64,000 nucleotides of DNA. Origin: Bacteroidota bacterium (lineage in GTDB: Bacteria > Bacteroidota > Bacteroidia > UBA8524). The stretch is taken from NCBI GenBank assembly GCA_008933805.1, contig WBUH01000005.1, positions 128,822 through 192,821 on the forward strand, read 5' to 3'. The position numbers and the translations under genes are program-made. Shown in pieces: positions 1 through 10,456 of the stretch; position 1 is the first letter of the stretch, and every line of letters begins with the position of its first letter. The notes under the pieces are model-generated. The model did no database searches and was not told the DNA's origin. It saw only the letters and a list, made by a program, of their open reading frames with translations.

Positions 1-369
<369 letters not shown>

Positions 370-640
370 CAGCTTTCGCAAATTTCACATTAATTTTGCG
401 ATTACAACCGCAGCATTTATATAAAATTTGCGGTTGTAATTGTGATTACTTATTAAATGGTTTGCCAAAAGTGTTCCGTCATCAAAATCAGGCGCACTGT
501 TATAGTAGTTGTAACAGCATTATAGGGTTACTCAACAATCAAAGAAGGGGGAATGCAAAACACCTTATCCAGCATATTGCAAACGAAACCTAACTATATT
601 AGCAACTTAAAACCCTAAACTAAAAACTGAAAACTACTAA

Positions 641-2128
641 TTAGTGTTTAAAGTGGCGGATGCCGGTAAACACCATCGCCATGTTGTGCTCGTTGCAGTA
701 GTTTATACTCAACTCATCTTTAATAGAGCCGCCGGGTTGTATCACGCTCACAATACCTGCTTTGTCGGCAATCTCCACACAATCAGGGAAAGGGAAAAAC
801 GCATCCGAGCCCATCGAAGCACCTTGCAGCGATAAACCAAATTCACCCGCTTTGGCAATGGCATTTTTCAACGCATCCACGCGAGAAGTTTGTCCGCAAC
901 CAATGCCCAACAACTGGTTGTCTTTAGCCAACACAATGGTGTTAGATTTGGTGTGCTTCACAATCTTATCGGCAAACAACATATCTGCCACCTCTTGTGT
1001 AGTAGGTTTGCGGTTGGTTGGATAGGTAAAATCGGCTTCGGTTACTACTTTGTTGTCAGCATCTTGGTAAATGCTGCCGTTCAACAAGGTTTTATGCACC
1101 ATCTCTTGTGCAGGAATACTCTTCAACTGCAACAACACACGGTTTTTCTTTTGTTTTAATATTTCAAGCGCATCTGCATCAAAGGCAGGGGCAATCAACA
1201 CCTCAAAAAACAGGTTATTAATTTCAGTAGCTGTTGCAGCATCTACCGTACGGTTGCAGGCTATTATACCGCCAAACGCACTGGTAGGGTCAGCAGCAAG
1301 GGCTTTGTGCCATGCTTGGGTAAGGTTTGCATCGGTTGCCAATCCGCAAGGGTTGGTGTGTTTAATAATAACAAACGTGGGGCCTTCAAACTCATTCAAC
1401 AGGTATAGGGCACTATCAACGTCGTTCAGGTTGTTATACGATATTTCTTTACCGTGCAATTGGGTAAATACTTCGTCCAAATTTCCACGGAAAAACGCCT
1501 TTTGGTGGGGGTTTTCGCCATAACGCAAGTGCGTATCCGTTACCCCTGCAAAGTAATTACCGATAGCAGTATCGTATTGCGAGGTACGGGCAAATGCTTG
1601 CTTAGCAAAATAACGACGGTCGTCTATACTGGTAGCACCACTTTTAGCCTTTAATACTTCGGTCAGCTTAGTATATTCAGCCTTATCAGCAATTACAATG
1701 GTGTCTTTAAAGTTTTTGGCCGCTGCGCGTATCAATGAAACTCCGCCAATATCAATCTTCTCAATAATCTCCGCCTCGTTATCGGTGTTTTTCAGGGTCT
1801 CTTCAAAAGGATAAAGGTCAACAATTACTAAATCAATCTCAGGTATTGCATATTCGCCCAAGGTTTTCATATCCTCGGCGTTATCCCTGCGAGCCAAAAT
1901 ACCGCCAAACACTTTGGGGTGAAGGGTTTTTACACGACCGCCCAATATTGAAGGGTACGCGGTTAACTCTTCTACAGGAACCACAGGCATTCCCAAACCT
2001 TCGATAAATGCTTGTGTTCCGCCGGTTGAGTAAAACGTTACTCCGTTGGCATGAAGTGTTTTGATTAGCTCGTCAAGATGGTCTTTGTGATATACAGATA
2101 CTAACGCCGATTTGATTTTTTTGTCCAT
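641..2128 (-). CDS. purH: Bifunctional AICAR transformylase / IMP cyclohydrolase
   Basis: Full-length similarity to PurH, including the MGS-like N-domain and AICARFT motifs. The start is set at MDKKIKSALVSVYHKD because the ORF-track start at 2188 would add an unlikely 20-aa leader. Confidence 0.93.
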   Translation of the reverse strand: MDKKIKSALVSVYHKDHLDELIKTLHANGVTFYSTGGTQAFIEGLGMPVVPVEELTAYPSILGGRVKTLHPKVFGGILARRDNAEDMKTLGEYAIPEIDLVIVDLYPFEETLKNTDNEAEIIEKIDIGGVSLIRAAAKNFKDTIVIADKAEYTKLTEVLKAKSGATSIDDRRYFAKQAFARTSQYDTAIGNYFAGVTDTHLRYGENPHQKAFFRGNLDEVFTQLHGKEISYNNLNDVDSALYLLNEFEGPTFVIIKHTNPCGLATDANLTQAWHKALAADPTSAFGGIIACNRTVDAATATEINNLFFEVLIAPAFDADALEILKQKKNRVLLQLKSIPAQEMVHKTLLNGSIYQDADNKVVTEADFTYPTNRKPTTQEVADMLFADKIVKHTKSNTIVLAKDNQLLGIGCGQTSRVDALKNAIAKAGEFGLSLQGASMGSDAFFPFPDCVEIADKAGIVSVIQPGGSIKDELSINYCNEHNMAMVFTGIRHFKH

Positions 2129-2197
2129 TCCCTTTGGTTTTGAAATAAACCGCGAAAAAACAACATTAAACCGACATTTTATAAACAAGTTGCCGAC

Positions 2198-3022
2198 TCA
2201 CTTTGCAGCCTTGTTTTTGCGAAACCGTTTCCAATCCAAATAAAGGCCAAAGGTGGTAAAGTTTACAAACCCCACCCCAAACTTATAATTGCTTTGCAAG
2301 TTCCACATTTGTATATCACCCGTTGGGTAATTAAAAGGAGCGTAGCCCACATTGGTATACCCAAAAATCGGAAGTTTCTTACTTTCAAAAGCAAAAAATA
2401 CCCAAGCACCCGTACCGGTAAAAGTGGTGTTGGGGGCATTAATATCTTTATTCCCTGTTGCTGAGGGCTGCCCGTTCACAAAAAAAGAGCGTTTAAAATA
2501 TAGCCTATCGTATAATGCTCTGGTAAACATAAAGCTGCCCCCCATTTTTACCCTATCGTTTTTACCTACATCAAGAGAGGTATAAAGAGAAGGCGTAATA
2601 GAAGTTGCCAGGTAAGACACATCTACTTCCATTCTACTTTCGCTGTTGTTCACAAATGGGGCATTATCCGTAAAATTTCGTTGATGCCTGCCGTGTGCTC
2701 GTTCCACTTGTAACGAGGCATAAAAACGCCCCGCTTTTTTGGTTGTAAAGAGGGGTGCATACAGTTGTCCTGCGTAGTTATAGCAAGTAAACCCTTTGTA
2801 GCCCAAAAAATAACCACCGGTAATACCCACATATTTTACAGGTGAAGTAGATACTTGTGCATGCGCACCCAACACCCCTATCGTTCCTGTGGCGCGTACT
2901 TGCCCACCATCGGTATAGGCGGCAGTATCAGGCAAAGGGTTAATGTAGGTGTAGCCAAACGGTGAGCAGGAAGCCACCATCAGCAGCAAGCCAATACACA
3001 CCAGTTTTTGCGTCAATGCCAT
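2198..3022 (-). CDS. Lipoprotein, member 1 of a four-member paralogous family in this window (function unknown, possibly an outer-membrane beta-barrel)
   Basis: Signal peptide with lipobox LLLMVASC. An N-terminal block (CSPFGYTYINPLPDTAAY...SPVKYVGITGGYFLG) closely matches the protein at 10457 and, more distantly, those at 46317 and 47144. Confidence 0.55.
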   Translation of the reverse strand: MALTQKLVCIGLLLMVASCSPFGYTYINPLPDTAAYTDGGQVRATGTIGVLGAHAQVSTSPVKYVGITGGYFLGYKGFTCYNYAGQLYAPLFTTKKAGRFYASLQVERAHGRHQRNFTDNAPFVNNSESRMEVDVSYLATSITPSLYTSLDVGKNDRVKMGGSFMFTRALYDRLYFKRSFFVNGQPSATGNKDINAPNTTFTGTGAWVFFAFESKKLPIFGYTNVGYAPFNYPTGDIQMWNLQSNYKFGVGFVNFTTFGLYLDWKRFRKNKAAK

Positions 3023-3098
3023 GCCGCAAGATAAAAGAATTGCTATCATCTTTTATCCGTCTGCAAACCTGCGCTTTTGTATTTTCGTTAAGTTAATA

Positions 3099-3815
3099 AT
3101 GAACAAACGCATTTTCATCGGAGCCATCGTTTTGCTGTTATTTTCCTGCAAGCAAACAGCAGAGAAACAAGAACTCCCCTCCTATTTCTGTCGACCTGAA
3201 CTGGAAACCTTTTTCGGCGGCTCAGATACATTGCCGGTGGTTACATTTTCTCCGAGTGATTCGTTTGGAAGTATTAAGCCATCATTTTTAAGACACTTTG
3301 ATTCTATTAGCGAGAATATTTCAATTAGAGTTCCGATAAGTATAGATAGCCTCAAAAAAACTGTATACGTTAAGACTACCTTCGAAAATCCATTTGTAAT
3401 TAAACCTATAGGATGCTATAGCCGAAGCAACATACTTAGAATACACCTTGATAATGATTCAATAACTATCAATAATGAAAATAAAATTCCTTATGATTCT
3501 CTGAAAAAACTCATCACAGCAGATATTCTAAACTACGGAAGAAATATGTATTTATCCGGAAGCCCCAACAAAATGGTAGTTATACTCAGATGGAATATGC
3601 AAATAAAAACAGAAGTTTTTAACCTGGCTTTAAAAAGCATTATCGACGGACACATCGAAGCTCTGAACATAACAAGTTCAAAGTATATTAATAAACACTT
3701 ATGCAGTATTACAAAAGATGATTTTACAAAACTTACTTCATCTTTCAGATTCAACTTAATTCTTGCTTTTCCTGAGATACCGAGCGAATATTTAATTTTC
3801 CCTTCTATTGGGTAG
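3099..3815 (+). CDS. Hypothetical lipoprotein (visibly AT-rich gene)
   Basis: ORF with signal peptide and lipobox LLLFSCKQ. Its composition is clearly more A/T-rich than its neighbours. No recognisable domain. Confidence 0.45.
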   Translation: MNKRIFIGAIVLLLFSCKQTAEKQELPSYFCRPELETFFGGSDTLPVVTFSPSDSFGSIKPSFLRHFDSISENISIRVPISIDSLKKTVYVKTTFENPFVIKPIGCYSRSNILRIHLDNDSITINNENKIPYDSLKKLITADILNYGRNMYLSGSPNKMVVILRWNMQIKTEVFNLALKSIIDGHIEALNITSSKYINKHLCSITKDDFTKLTSSFRFNLILAFPEIPSEYLIFPSIG

Positions 3816-3884
3816 TTAATCGTTAATCGAAAATTAATACCTCGCGAATTAGTTTCTCATATATTGCTGGTCAATATATTATCC

Positions 3885-4817
3885 ATGAAAAAACTTTTAC
3901 TTCTTTTTAGTCTATTGTGGCTTATTGCCCCCCAATTAAAAGCCGTTAACGAAGAGCCGGACAGTCTTTCAACAGAAAATGCTGAATTGCTTGATGCCCT
4001 TAAAGTGCTTGATTCTGCCCAACGCTTAAAATACCAAACCGGAACCGTTACCATTGGTGATGGACTGGCCACTATTAATGTTCCCAAAGGTTTTAAGTAT
4101 TTAGACCCTGAACAAACTGAGTTTGTGTTGCACAAACTATGGAACAACCCTCCCGGCGGCGGCTATTTGGGGATGTTGTTACTTGAGAATGCTGATTTAT
4201 TAGATTCAGCCTCGTGGGTGTTTACCATACAATACGACGCTATTGGCTACGTGAGCGATAAGGATGCTAACGAGGTTGATTATGAAGAGCTGCTGGCCGA
4301 CATGAAAAAAGAGTCAGAAGAAGAAAATAAAACCCGTGTGCAATTGGGTTATGAAGCCATGCATTTTATGGGCTGGGCATCAACCCCGTATTACGACGAA
4401 AACAAAAAGATATTACACTGGGCTAAAGAATTTAGCGTTGATGAAACCTCAACCAATACCCTCAACTACAATGTTCGCATATTAGGCCGCAAAGGTGTTT
4501 TGGTTTTAAATGCCATTGCTGCAATGCCACAGCTTGAGGATGTAAAAAAGAACATCGACCCGCTTACAAATGCTGTAGAGTTTAGCGCAGGCAATAAATA
4601 CAGTGATTTTAACCCCGATGTGGACGAAGTGGCTGCATGGACTATAGGCGGCTTGGTAGCAGGTAAAGTGCTTGCAAAAGCGGGTTTATTTGCCGGATTA
4701 GCAAAATTTGGCAAAGTAATCATCTTAGGCTTGATTGCCTTGGGTGCCGGAGCTGTTAAGCTGTTTAGGGGTAAGAAAAATAAAGAAACTGCTACCGACG
4801 GTAATACCACCGCATAA
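3885..4817 (+). CDS. DUF2167-family membrane-anchored protein
   Basis: Signal peptide, a conserved DUF2167-like body, and a C-terminal Gly/Ala-rich transmembrane segment (GGLVAGKVLAKAGLFAGLAKFGKVIILGLIALGAGA). Confidence 0.55.
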   Translation: MKKLLLLFSLLWLIAPQLKAVNEEPDSLSTENAELLDALKVLDSAQRLKYQTGTVTIGDGLATINVPKGFKYLDPEQTEFVLHKLWNNPPGGGYLGMLLLENADLLDSASWVFTIQYDAIGYVSDKDANEVDYEELLADMKKESEEENKTRVQLGYEAMHFMGWASTPYYDENKKILHWAKEFSVDETSTNTLNYNVRILGRKGVLVLNAIAAMPQLEDVKKNIDPLTNAVEFSAGNKYSDFNPDVDEVAAWTIGGLVAGKVLAKAGLFAGLAKFGKVIILGLIALGAGAVKLFRGKKNKETATDGNTTA

Positions 4818-4865
4818 CAATAATTATTGCACAATTTTAAACCGCAATCTTACCTTTGATAGTGT

Positions 4866-6023
4866 ATGAAATTGCTCAAAGGTTTTATTAAATGGTTTTT
4901 AATCGCATTGATAATATTCAATGTAGGGGTACTGGTTACAGGCAATGCACATTTGTACAAAGCACTGTCGCGTACCTATTTTATCGGGCGCACAGGCCCC
5001 TCCATTGATGATTATACAGCGTTTGAAAATCGTGATGTAAAAACGGGTACCCCGCAGCCGTGGCCTTTTGCAGCCAACTACAATAAAACTCCGCTGAAAG
5101 ATGCGGACAAGAAATACCACGAGAGTATTGGTACAGTAGCCTATTTGGTGATACACAACGATAGTATTGTACACGAAAGCTATTGGGACGGTTATGGTGA
5201 AAACTCATACTCAAATTCATTTTCCGTAGCTAAAAGTGTGGTTTCTATGTTAGTGGGATGTGCCATTGGGGACGGTTTGATAAAAGATGAAAACGAACCC
5301 GCCGTGAAATACCTGCCCGAGTTTAAAGAAACATTGGGCGATAAAATCACTATCCGGCACTTGCTTACCATGAGCTCAGGCATTGGCTTTGACGAGAGCT
5401 ACGGAAACCCCTTCGGGATGATGGCAAAAGCCTATTACGGAAAAGGGGTAAAAGAACTGGTAGGCGACTACAAACCTGCCACTGAACCGGGCAAACAGTT
5501 TGATTATATGGGAGGAAATACCCTACTGTTGGGCTTTATTGTAGAAAAAGTAACCGGAAAAAAATTGGGTGATTATGCCGCTGAAAAGATATGGCAACCC
5601 ATTGGTGCGCAAAACCCTGCCAAATGGACGATTGATGCCAAAGACGGTGATGAACGTTCGTACTGCTGCTTTTACACCAATGCCCGCGATTTTGCCCGAT
5701 TAGGTAAATTATATAAAGACAGTGGCCGCTGGAACGGTAAACAACTGATACCCCAAGAGTTTGTGCTAAACTCGGTAAAGCCTGCTTCTGATGTGATGGA
5801 CGGTACTCAACCCCTCAAAATTTACGGCTACCAATGGTGGTGTATGCAATACCAAAACCGCCCGTTGTTTTATGCAAGGGGTATTAAAGGCCAATATATT
5901 TTGGTGGATTATGCCACCAACACTATTGTAGTAAGGCTTGGACACAGGCGCGAAGGTAAAAACATTGACGGTCATCCATCAGAAACCTTCCGCTGCCTTG
6001 AAATGGCCGAATACCTTAAATAA
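4866..6023 (+). CDS. Serine hydrolase of the beta-lactamase / transpeptidase-like family
   Basis: N-terminal transmembrane segment. S-x-x-K motif (SVAKSV) sits in a class-C-beta-lactamase-like context. Confidence 0.7.
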   Translation: MKLLKGFIKWFLIALIIFNVGVLVTGNAHLYKALSRTYFIGRTGPSIDDYTAFENRDVKTGTPQPWPFAANYNKTPLKDADKKYHESIGTVAYLVIHNDSIVHESYWDGYGENSYSNSFSVAKSVVSMLVGCAIGDGLIKDENEPAVKYLPEFKETLGDKITIRHLLTMSSGIGFDESYGNPFGMMAKAYYGKGVKELVGDYKPATEPGKQFDYMGGNTLLLGFIVEKVTGKKLGDYAAEKIWQPIGAQNPAKWTIDAKDGDERSYCCFYTNARDFARLGKLYKDSGRWNGKQLIPQEFVLNSVKPASDVMDGTQPLKIYGYQWWCMQYQNRPLFYARGIKGQYILVDYATNTIVVRLGHRREGKNIDGHPSETFRCLEMAEYLK

Positions 6024-6083
6024 TTACCCTATTAAACTAAAAGCAAGGGTGAAAATCCTATTGCGTGTAATACCGTTGAACGT

Positions 6084-7373
6084 ATGAGAAATTGCATTTT
6101 ATTCATTTTCGTTGTCGCTATCTCTTTTATCAACCCGTTGAAATCACAAACATTGGGCACTGATATGAGCGGAAACTCGCCACTTGTGCATCAAGGCGGT
6201 AGTGCTTATGCCGACTTGGTAAATTCCAATTTCGGGGCATCGTTTTTTGCGTTTGACGATAACCTGTATTACCGACAATCCACCCTTTTTGGCGTAACAA
6301 TAAACGGTTCTGACAGGGCCGGCATGGCTGCCTTTTTAAACAAGGGGATTACAGCTCCTCAAGCATCTGCGGCCTTTACCGTAGGCATGAGCAAAACAAA
6401 CAACTTTATTAACCGGTATAAACCCCGTGCTGAGTATTGGGCATTGCTGGATGAAGAAGATTTGAGGCTCACCAGCCGGATGAACGCTTTGGTAAAAGAC
6501 AGTAACCAACTGAACAAAATGCTGGAAAGCATAGACAAAAAGTTTCCTGCCGAAACCGACACACTAAAACAGTTGTTCTTTTCTATTGAGACTCCGGGTT
6601 TTGAACAATTAAAACTGGTATGGATAGCTTATGCCAAAACCGTAACAAAAACTGATTTTTACAATGAGGTTATTTCCCTGCTTTTGGGAGCCAACAGTGA
6701 GTTTACGTACCTTTTTACTGAGTATAAGGATTTAAAACAAAAACACGACCAGATTATTCTGCAAAAACAAACTATTGATAAACCAGTAAGGCCATTTGTA
6801 CAGAACATATTGTACCTTACAACTGGGTTAAAACACAATGGTTTTTACCAAATTGACTCTCAAAACAATGCTATTAATGTTATCTTTAATAATATCACCG
6901 CGGGCTTTGTTGCCATAGGGGGCAGCCATTGCTTTGGCAACCGTGTTTTTTTAGGTTATCAAATAGGCCAAACCATGCTTGATAATTTTGAAGCCCTTGC
7001 TCCAATGGCCTACGATACAACAAAAACAGCCACAAAATCCCAAGCAGCTGCCACCCGTAGCTATCAAGTATATACAGGCACCTTTAATCGTTTTGTTTCG
7101 CCGTTTTTTTCATTCCACTTAGCCCTACGGCAAAAAGTAGGAAAAATAGGCCACGCCATTATCACCCCAATACAGTTTACTTATTCTGCTAAATCAACCA
7201 TCGGGGCATCGGTACAGTTAATTACAAACAGCGGGGTAAGTTTTGGTGCCTCCATTGAAAACAGAATTATTAGCGATGCCAGACTGAAACAGCCAGGCCA
7301 AGAAACATTCAGTCAGGTCTATTTCGGCTTTAGATTAGGCCTTATTCTTGCCGATTTTGATTTTATGAATTAG
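6084..7373 (+). CDS. Hypothetical secreted protein
   Basis: Long ORF with an N-terminal signal peptide. No recognisable domain. Confidence 0.45.
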   Translation: MRNCILFIFVVAISFINPLKSQTLGTDMSGNSPLVHQGGSAYADLVNSNFGASFFAFDDNLYYRQSTLFGVTINGSDRAGMAAFLNKGITAPQASAAFTVGMSKTNNFINRYKPRAEYWALLDEEDLRLTSRMNALVKDSNQLNKMLESIDKKFPAETDTLKQLFFSIETPGFEQLKLVWIAYAKTVTKTDFYNEVISLLLGANSEFTYLFTEYKDLKQKHDQIILQKQTIDKPVRPFVQNILYLTTGLKHNGFYQIDSQNNAINVIFNNITAGFVAIGGSHCFGNRVFLGYQIGQTMLDNFEALAPMAYDTTKTATKSQAAATRSYQVYTGTFNRFVSPFFSFHLALRQKVGKIGHAIITPIQFTYSAKSTIGASVQLITNSGVSFGASIENRIISDARLKQPGQETFSQVYFGFRLGLILADFDFMN

Positions 7374-8657
7374 CGGCTTGCAATTATAAATTGCTACTAC
7401 TACCGCAACCACCAGCAACGGGTAAACAGGTACTTTAAACCTTGCACTGCCTATAGGCCCTGTAAGAAACCAAATATACCCTGCCATAACCAATAAGTAT
7501 ATTTTTGGCCACAATGGGGTTTTGATAAATACAAACACCACACACATTAGCAATATCAACACGTTTGCTATCATTTGCAGCAGCAGTACAATTATTAAGG
7601 CAATAGGCTGGGTTTTAATAAACCGTTTCAGTTCACCTATATCTCCTTTGCTGATGTAGTGCAACAGCCCTAAACCATCTGTTTGCGGGATATTAAAAAA
7701 ACTAACGTAATCGTACCTGCCGGGGTCGGCCATAAAATTAAGCATCCCTCTTGCATGAAACTTGCCATAAGCAGGCACATCACTTAGTAATATTTGTTTG
7801 CAGGTATCTTTAATGTATTCGCATTGTTGCGCATAACTGCCCTTTTTTGCTACGGCTGAATCAATTACCACAATTACACTATCGCCGTACTCACTACCAT
7901 ACTTGGCAAACAAAAAATATTTAGTGTTATAATCTTTTAAATTAACATGGGTGATGGATGAATAATGCCTGTACCCTGTTTCTTGATAGTTTACCCCGCT
8001 CCACCAATAGGCTACCAATGGTAGCAACACTACTGTTAACGGCAAAAAATAATGCCTGTTTTTAATCGCAAAAATTAAAAGTACGACCAAGCTAATTACC
8101 CAAAAATACAGCATTACGGGTTTGGTAAGCAATGCCAATATTAGCAATGCTGTATTACCTATTATCCAATATTGTTTGTTGGTTTTTAAATAGCGTAAAA
8201 AGCAATAAAAAGCACCTGTTAAAAATGCCTGCAACAAGGTTTCGCTCATCACCATGTTGGCGTATAACAGTTGATTAGGAAATAGCACCCATAAAATTCC
8301 TGCCCACAAAGCAGGCTTTTCTATTCCAAAATCATCCCGTAATAATTTATATACCAGCCATGAACAAAAAATACTGATGATATTTTGCAACAACAGCACG
8401 GCATACAACGACCCGAAAATACTAGTTACTCCCCAAATAAATAGCCCGTACAAAGGCGGACGTTTACTGTAATAATCAATTTTTATAGGCTGGGTTGGGT
8501 CGTTGGCGTAAAAACTACCCGTAGCTTCAAAGTTTTTTGCCTGCCATATATAATCACCGCTATCAGGTAGCTGTATGTTACCCTTGTACAAGGCCAATAC
8601 AAAAAATACCGCATGCAGTAAGGTTATAAACAGCAGGTATTTTCGGGCATTACTCAA
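7335..8657 (-). CDS. Polytopic membrane protein, putative GT-C glycosyltransferase (ArnT/PMT, GT39/GT83-like)
   Basis: At least ten predicted transmembrane helices with a periplasmic loop. The architecture is typical of 4-amino-arabinose or mannosyl transferases. Function is tentative. Confidence 0.4.
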   Translation of the reverse strand: MSNARKYLLFITLLHAVFFVLALYKGNIQLPDSGDYIWQAKNFEATGSFYANDPTQPIKIDYYSKRPPLYGLFIWGVTSIFGSLYAVLLLQNIISIFCSWLVYKLLRDDFGIEKPALWAGILWVLFPNQLLYANMVMSETLLQAFLTGAFYCFLRYLKTNKQYWIIGNTALLILALLTKPVMLYFWVISLVVLLIFAIKNRHYFLPLTVVLLPLVAYWWSGVNYQETGYRHYSSITHVNLKDYNTKYFLFAKYGSEYGDSVIVVIDSAVAKKGSYAQQCEYIKDTCKQILLSDVPAYGKFHARGMLNFMADPGRYDYVSFFNIPQTDGLGLLHYISKGDIGELKRFIKTQPIALIIVLLLQMIANVLILLMCVVFVFIKTPLWPKIYLLVMAGYIWFLTGPIGSARFKVPVYPLLVVAVVVAIYNCKPLIHKIKIGKNKA

Positions 8658-8668
8658 CAGTGCAAGTA

Positions 8669-9466
8669 TTATTTTTTGAAATTATCCTTAATTACACCGT
8701 AAAACTCTTTATAAACTCCGGGGCAACAGGCCACAATTTCTTTCCCGAAAAGATAATTTCCCTTGCCTGAAAAATCAACCACTTTGCCCCCCGCCTGCTG
8801 CACAATAAATGCGCCCGCAGCCACATCCCAAGGACTAAGCCCCATCTCGAAAAACCCTTCAAAACGGCCCACAGCAGTGTAAGCTAAATCAATAGCGGCA
8901 CTACCCATACGACGCAAACCGCGTGTAGATTTCATATAATGGCGCAAACTATTCACATAGCCGTCCATACCATCAAACTCATAATAAGGGAAGCCTGTAG
9001 CCAACAACGAGTCTTTCAACGCCGATACAGGCGATACTTTAATCTCAGTACCGTTTAGATATGCCGCAGAATCTTTCCACGCATAAAAACACTCATCCTT
9101 GCACACCTCATACACAATCCCCATCACCAACTTGTCTTTCTCAAGCAGTCCCACACTCACTGAAAACACAGGGATACCGTGAATAAAATTTGTAGTTCCG
9201 TCAAGCGGGTCAACCACCCAACGGTATTTGTGCCCTTCGGTTTGGGCTATCGTATTCTCTTCAGTAATAAATCCGCAGTCTTCTATCAATTGGTCCAACC
9301 CCTCAACAAGTATCTTTTCAGCTGTCACATCCACATAACTCACCAATTGGTTCAGGCTTTTTTCCTCAGTAGCCGTGCGGTCAAAGCTTGTAAACTCCTT
9401 GCGGATAAAAGCTCCTGCCTCCTGCACTACCTCAATAGCCTCACGGCACAACTTTTCATAATTCAT
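8669..9466 (-). CDS. suhB: Inositol monophosphatase family protein
   Basis: WVVDPLDGTTNFIHGIPVFSVSVGL and the C-terminal AAG motifs are diagnostic of the IMPase family. Confidence 0.8.
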   Translation of the reverse strand: MNYEKLCREAIEVVQEAGAFIRKEFTSFDRTATEEKSLNQLVSYVDVTAEKILVEGLDQLIEDCGFITEENTIAQTEGHKYRWVVDPLDGTTNFIHGIPVFSVSVGLLEKDKLVMGIVYEVCKDECFYAWKDSAAYLNGTEIKVSPVSALKDSLLATGFPYYEFDGMDGYVNSLRHYMKSTRGLRRMGSAAIDLAYTAVGRFEGFFEMGLSPWDVAAGAFIVQQAGGKVVDFSGKGNYLFGKEIVACCPGVYKEFYGVIKDNFKK

Positions 9467-9577
9467 GCCGCTAAGGTAAAACGCATTGATGAAATGTGTA
9501 AGTAAAGAATAGAAAGAAACCGTTAATGACTAATTGGATATACTACCAACCCCTAATCACTAAACATTAACAACCAA

Positions 9578-9790
9578 TCACTTCTTCACCGAAGTATCCT
9601 CTTGCAAAGGTTGGGGTACAGAAAGCTGCTTGCGCTGTATAGGCGGCTCAGCACCTTCTCTGTAGTAATTTTTCCAGATAAGGAAACCACCGTAAAACAC
9701 AATAAATATCATGGTGATAAATATCGAACGCTTGAACGCCTTAGGACTGGGCTCGCGGTCGTAAACAGGTATTTTGGGTTTATTCTCCAT
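9578..9790 (-). CDS. Small membrane protein of 70 aa
   Basis: Starts at MENKPKIPVY. Single transmembrane segment (IFITMIFIVFYGGFLIW). Overlaps the upstream QueD-like gene by 11 nt, consistent with translational coupling. Confidence 0.4.
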   Translation of the reverse strand: MENKPKIPVYDREPSPKAFKRSIFITMIFIVFYGGFLIWKNYYREGAEPPIQRKQLSVPQPLQEDTSVKK

Positions 9791-10211
9791 AATATTCAAC
9801 AAAATTGCGTTCGGTTTCCACCAGTTTAAGGTAGTGCAGTTGGCATCCGTGCTCGCTGATAGGTTCGGCAAGTTGGTCCCAAATCTCCACCACAATATTT
9901 TCAATACTTGCCATTTTTCCGTGCATAAAATCAACATCCTCGTTAATGTTACGGTGGTCAAGTTTATCAATCACACGGTCGCGGATAATCTTTTTCAGTT
10001 CCTTTAAGTCGATAATGAAACCTGTGTCAGGGTTTGGCGACCCTTTTACGGTTACAAACAACTCAAAATTGTGACCGTGCCAGTTTTTATTGGCACAACG
10101 ACCAAATACTGCGTCATTCTGCTCCTCCGTCCAATTAGGGTTGTACAGTTTGTGGGCAGCATTAAAATGCTCCTTGCGGGTTATGTATAGTAATTTAGGT
10201 TTCTCAGCCAT
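9780..10211 (-). CDS. queD: 6-carboxytetrahydropterin synthase / 6-pyruvoyl-tetrahydropterin synthase family
   Basis: C-x5-HGH zinc motif (CANKNWHGHNF) and the PTPS fold signature. QueD and PTPS cannot be distinguished without a homology search. Confidence 0.8.
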   Translation of the reverse strand: MAEKPKLLYITRKEHFNAAHKLYNPNWTEEQNDAVFGRCANKNWHGHNFELFVTVKGSPNPDTGFIIDLKELKKIIRDRVIDKLDHRNINEDVDFMHGKMASIENIVVEIWDQLAEPISEHGCQLHYLKLVETERNFVEYYGE

Positions 10212-10302
10212 AGCTGTAGGTTATCCGTTGTTACAAAAAAGTGTGCAAAGGTAGTCATATAAAAACAGATTATCAAAAGCACTGTAAACCGCCTGTAAAA
10301 TC

Positions 10303-10354
10303 AACGTTTTTGCATTTTTCCGTAAAAACGTTTTAGGCATTTGCAAAAACTGCC
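10303..10354. promoter_or_regulatory. Nested inverted repeats (AACGTTTTTGCA ... GTAAAAACGTTTTAG ... TGCAAAAAC) in the divergent intergenic region upstream of the QueD-like gene
   Basis: Read directly from the sequence. Related to the TGCAAACGTTTGCA palindrome at 20226. Confidence 0.3.
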
Positions 10355-10456
10355 TGAGAAAGCCAATCCAAGCACCCCACCTTTGTATTACAAACTATGA
10401 TTACAAAAGGGGCAGCCCCATAAAAGCTGCCCATATTTTTTTAAAGCCAACTGCCT

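Noticed and set aside
890-1523. Several plus-strand ORFs of 87-150 aa inside purH
   Set aside because: They are antisense to purH and have no independent support.
4466-4834. 122-aa minus-strand ORF overlapping the DUF2167 gene's C-terminus
   Set aside because: It is antisense to the Gly/Ala-rich transmembrane-encoding segment and is a low-complexity artefact.
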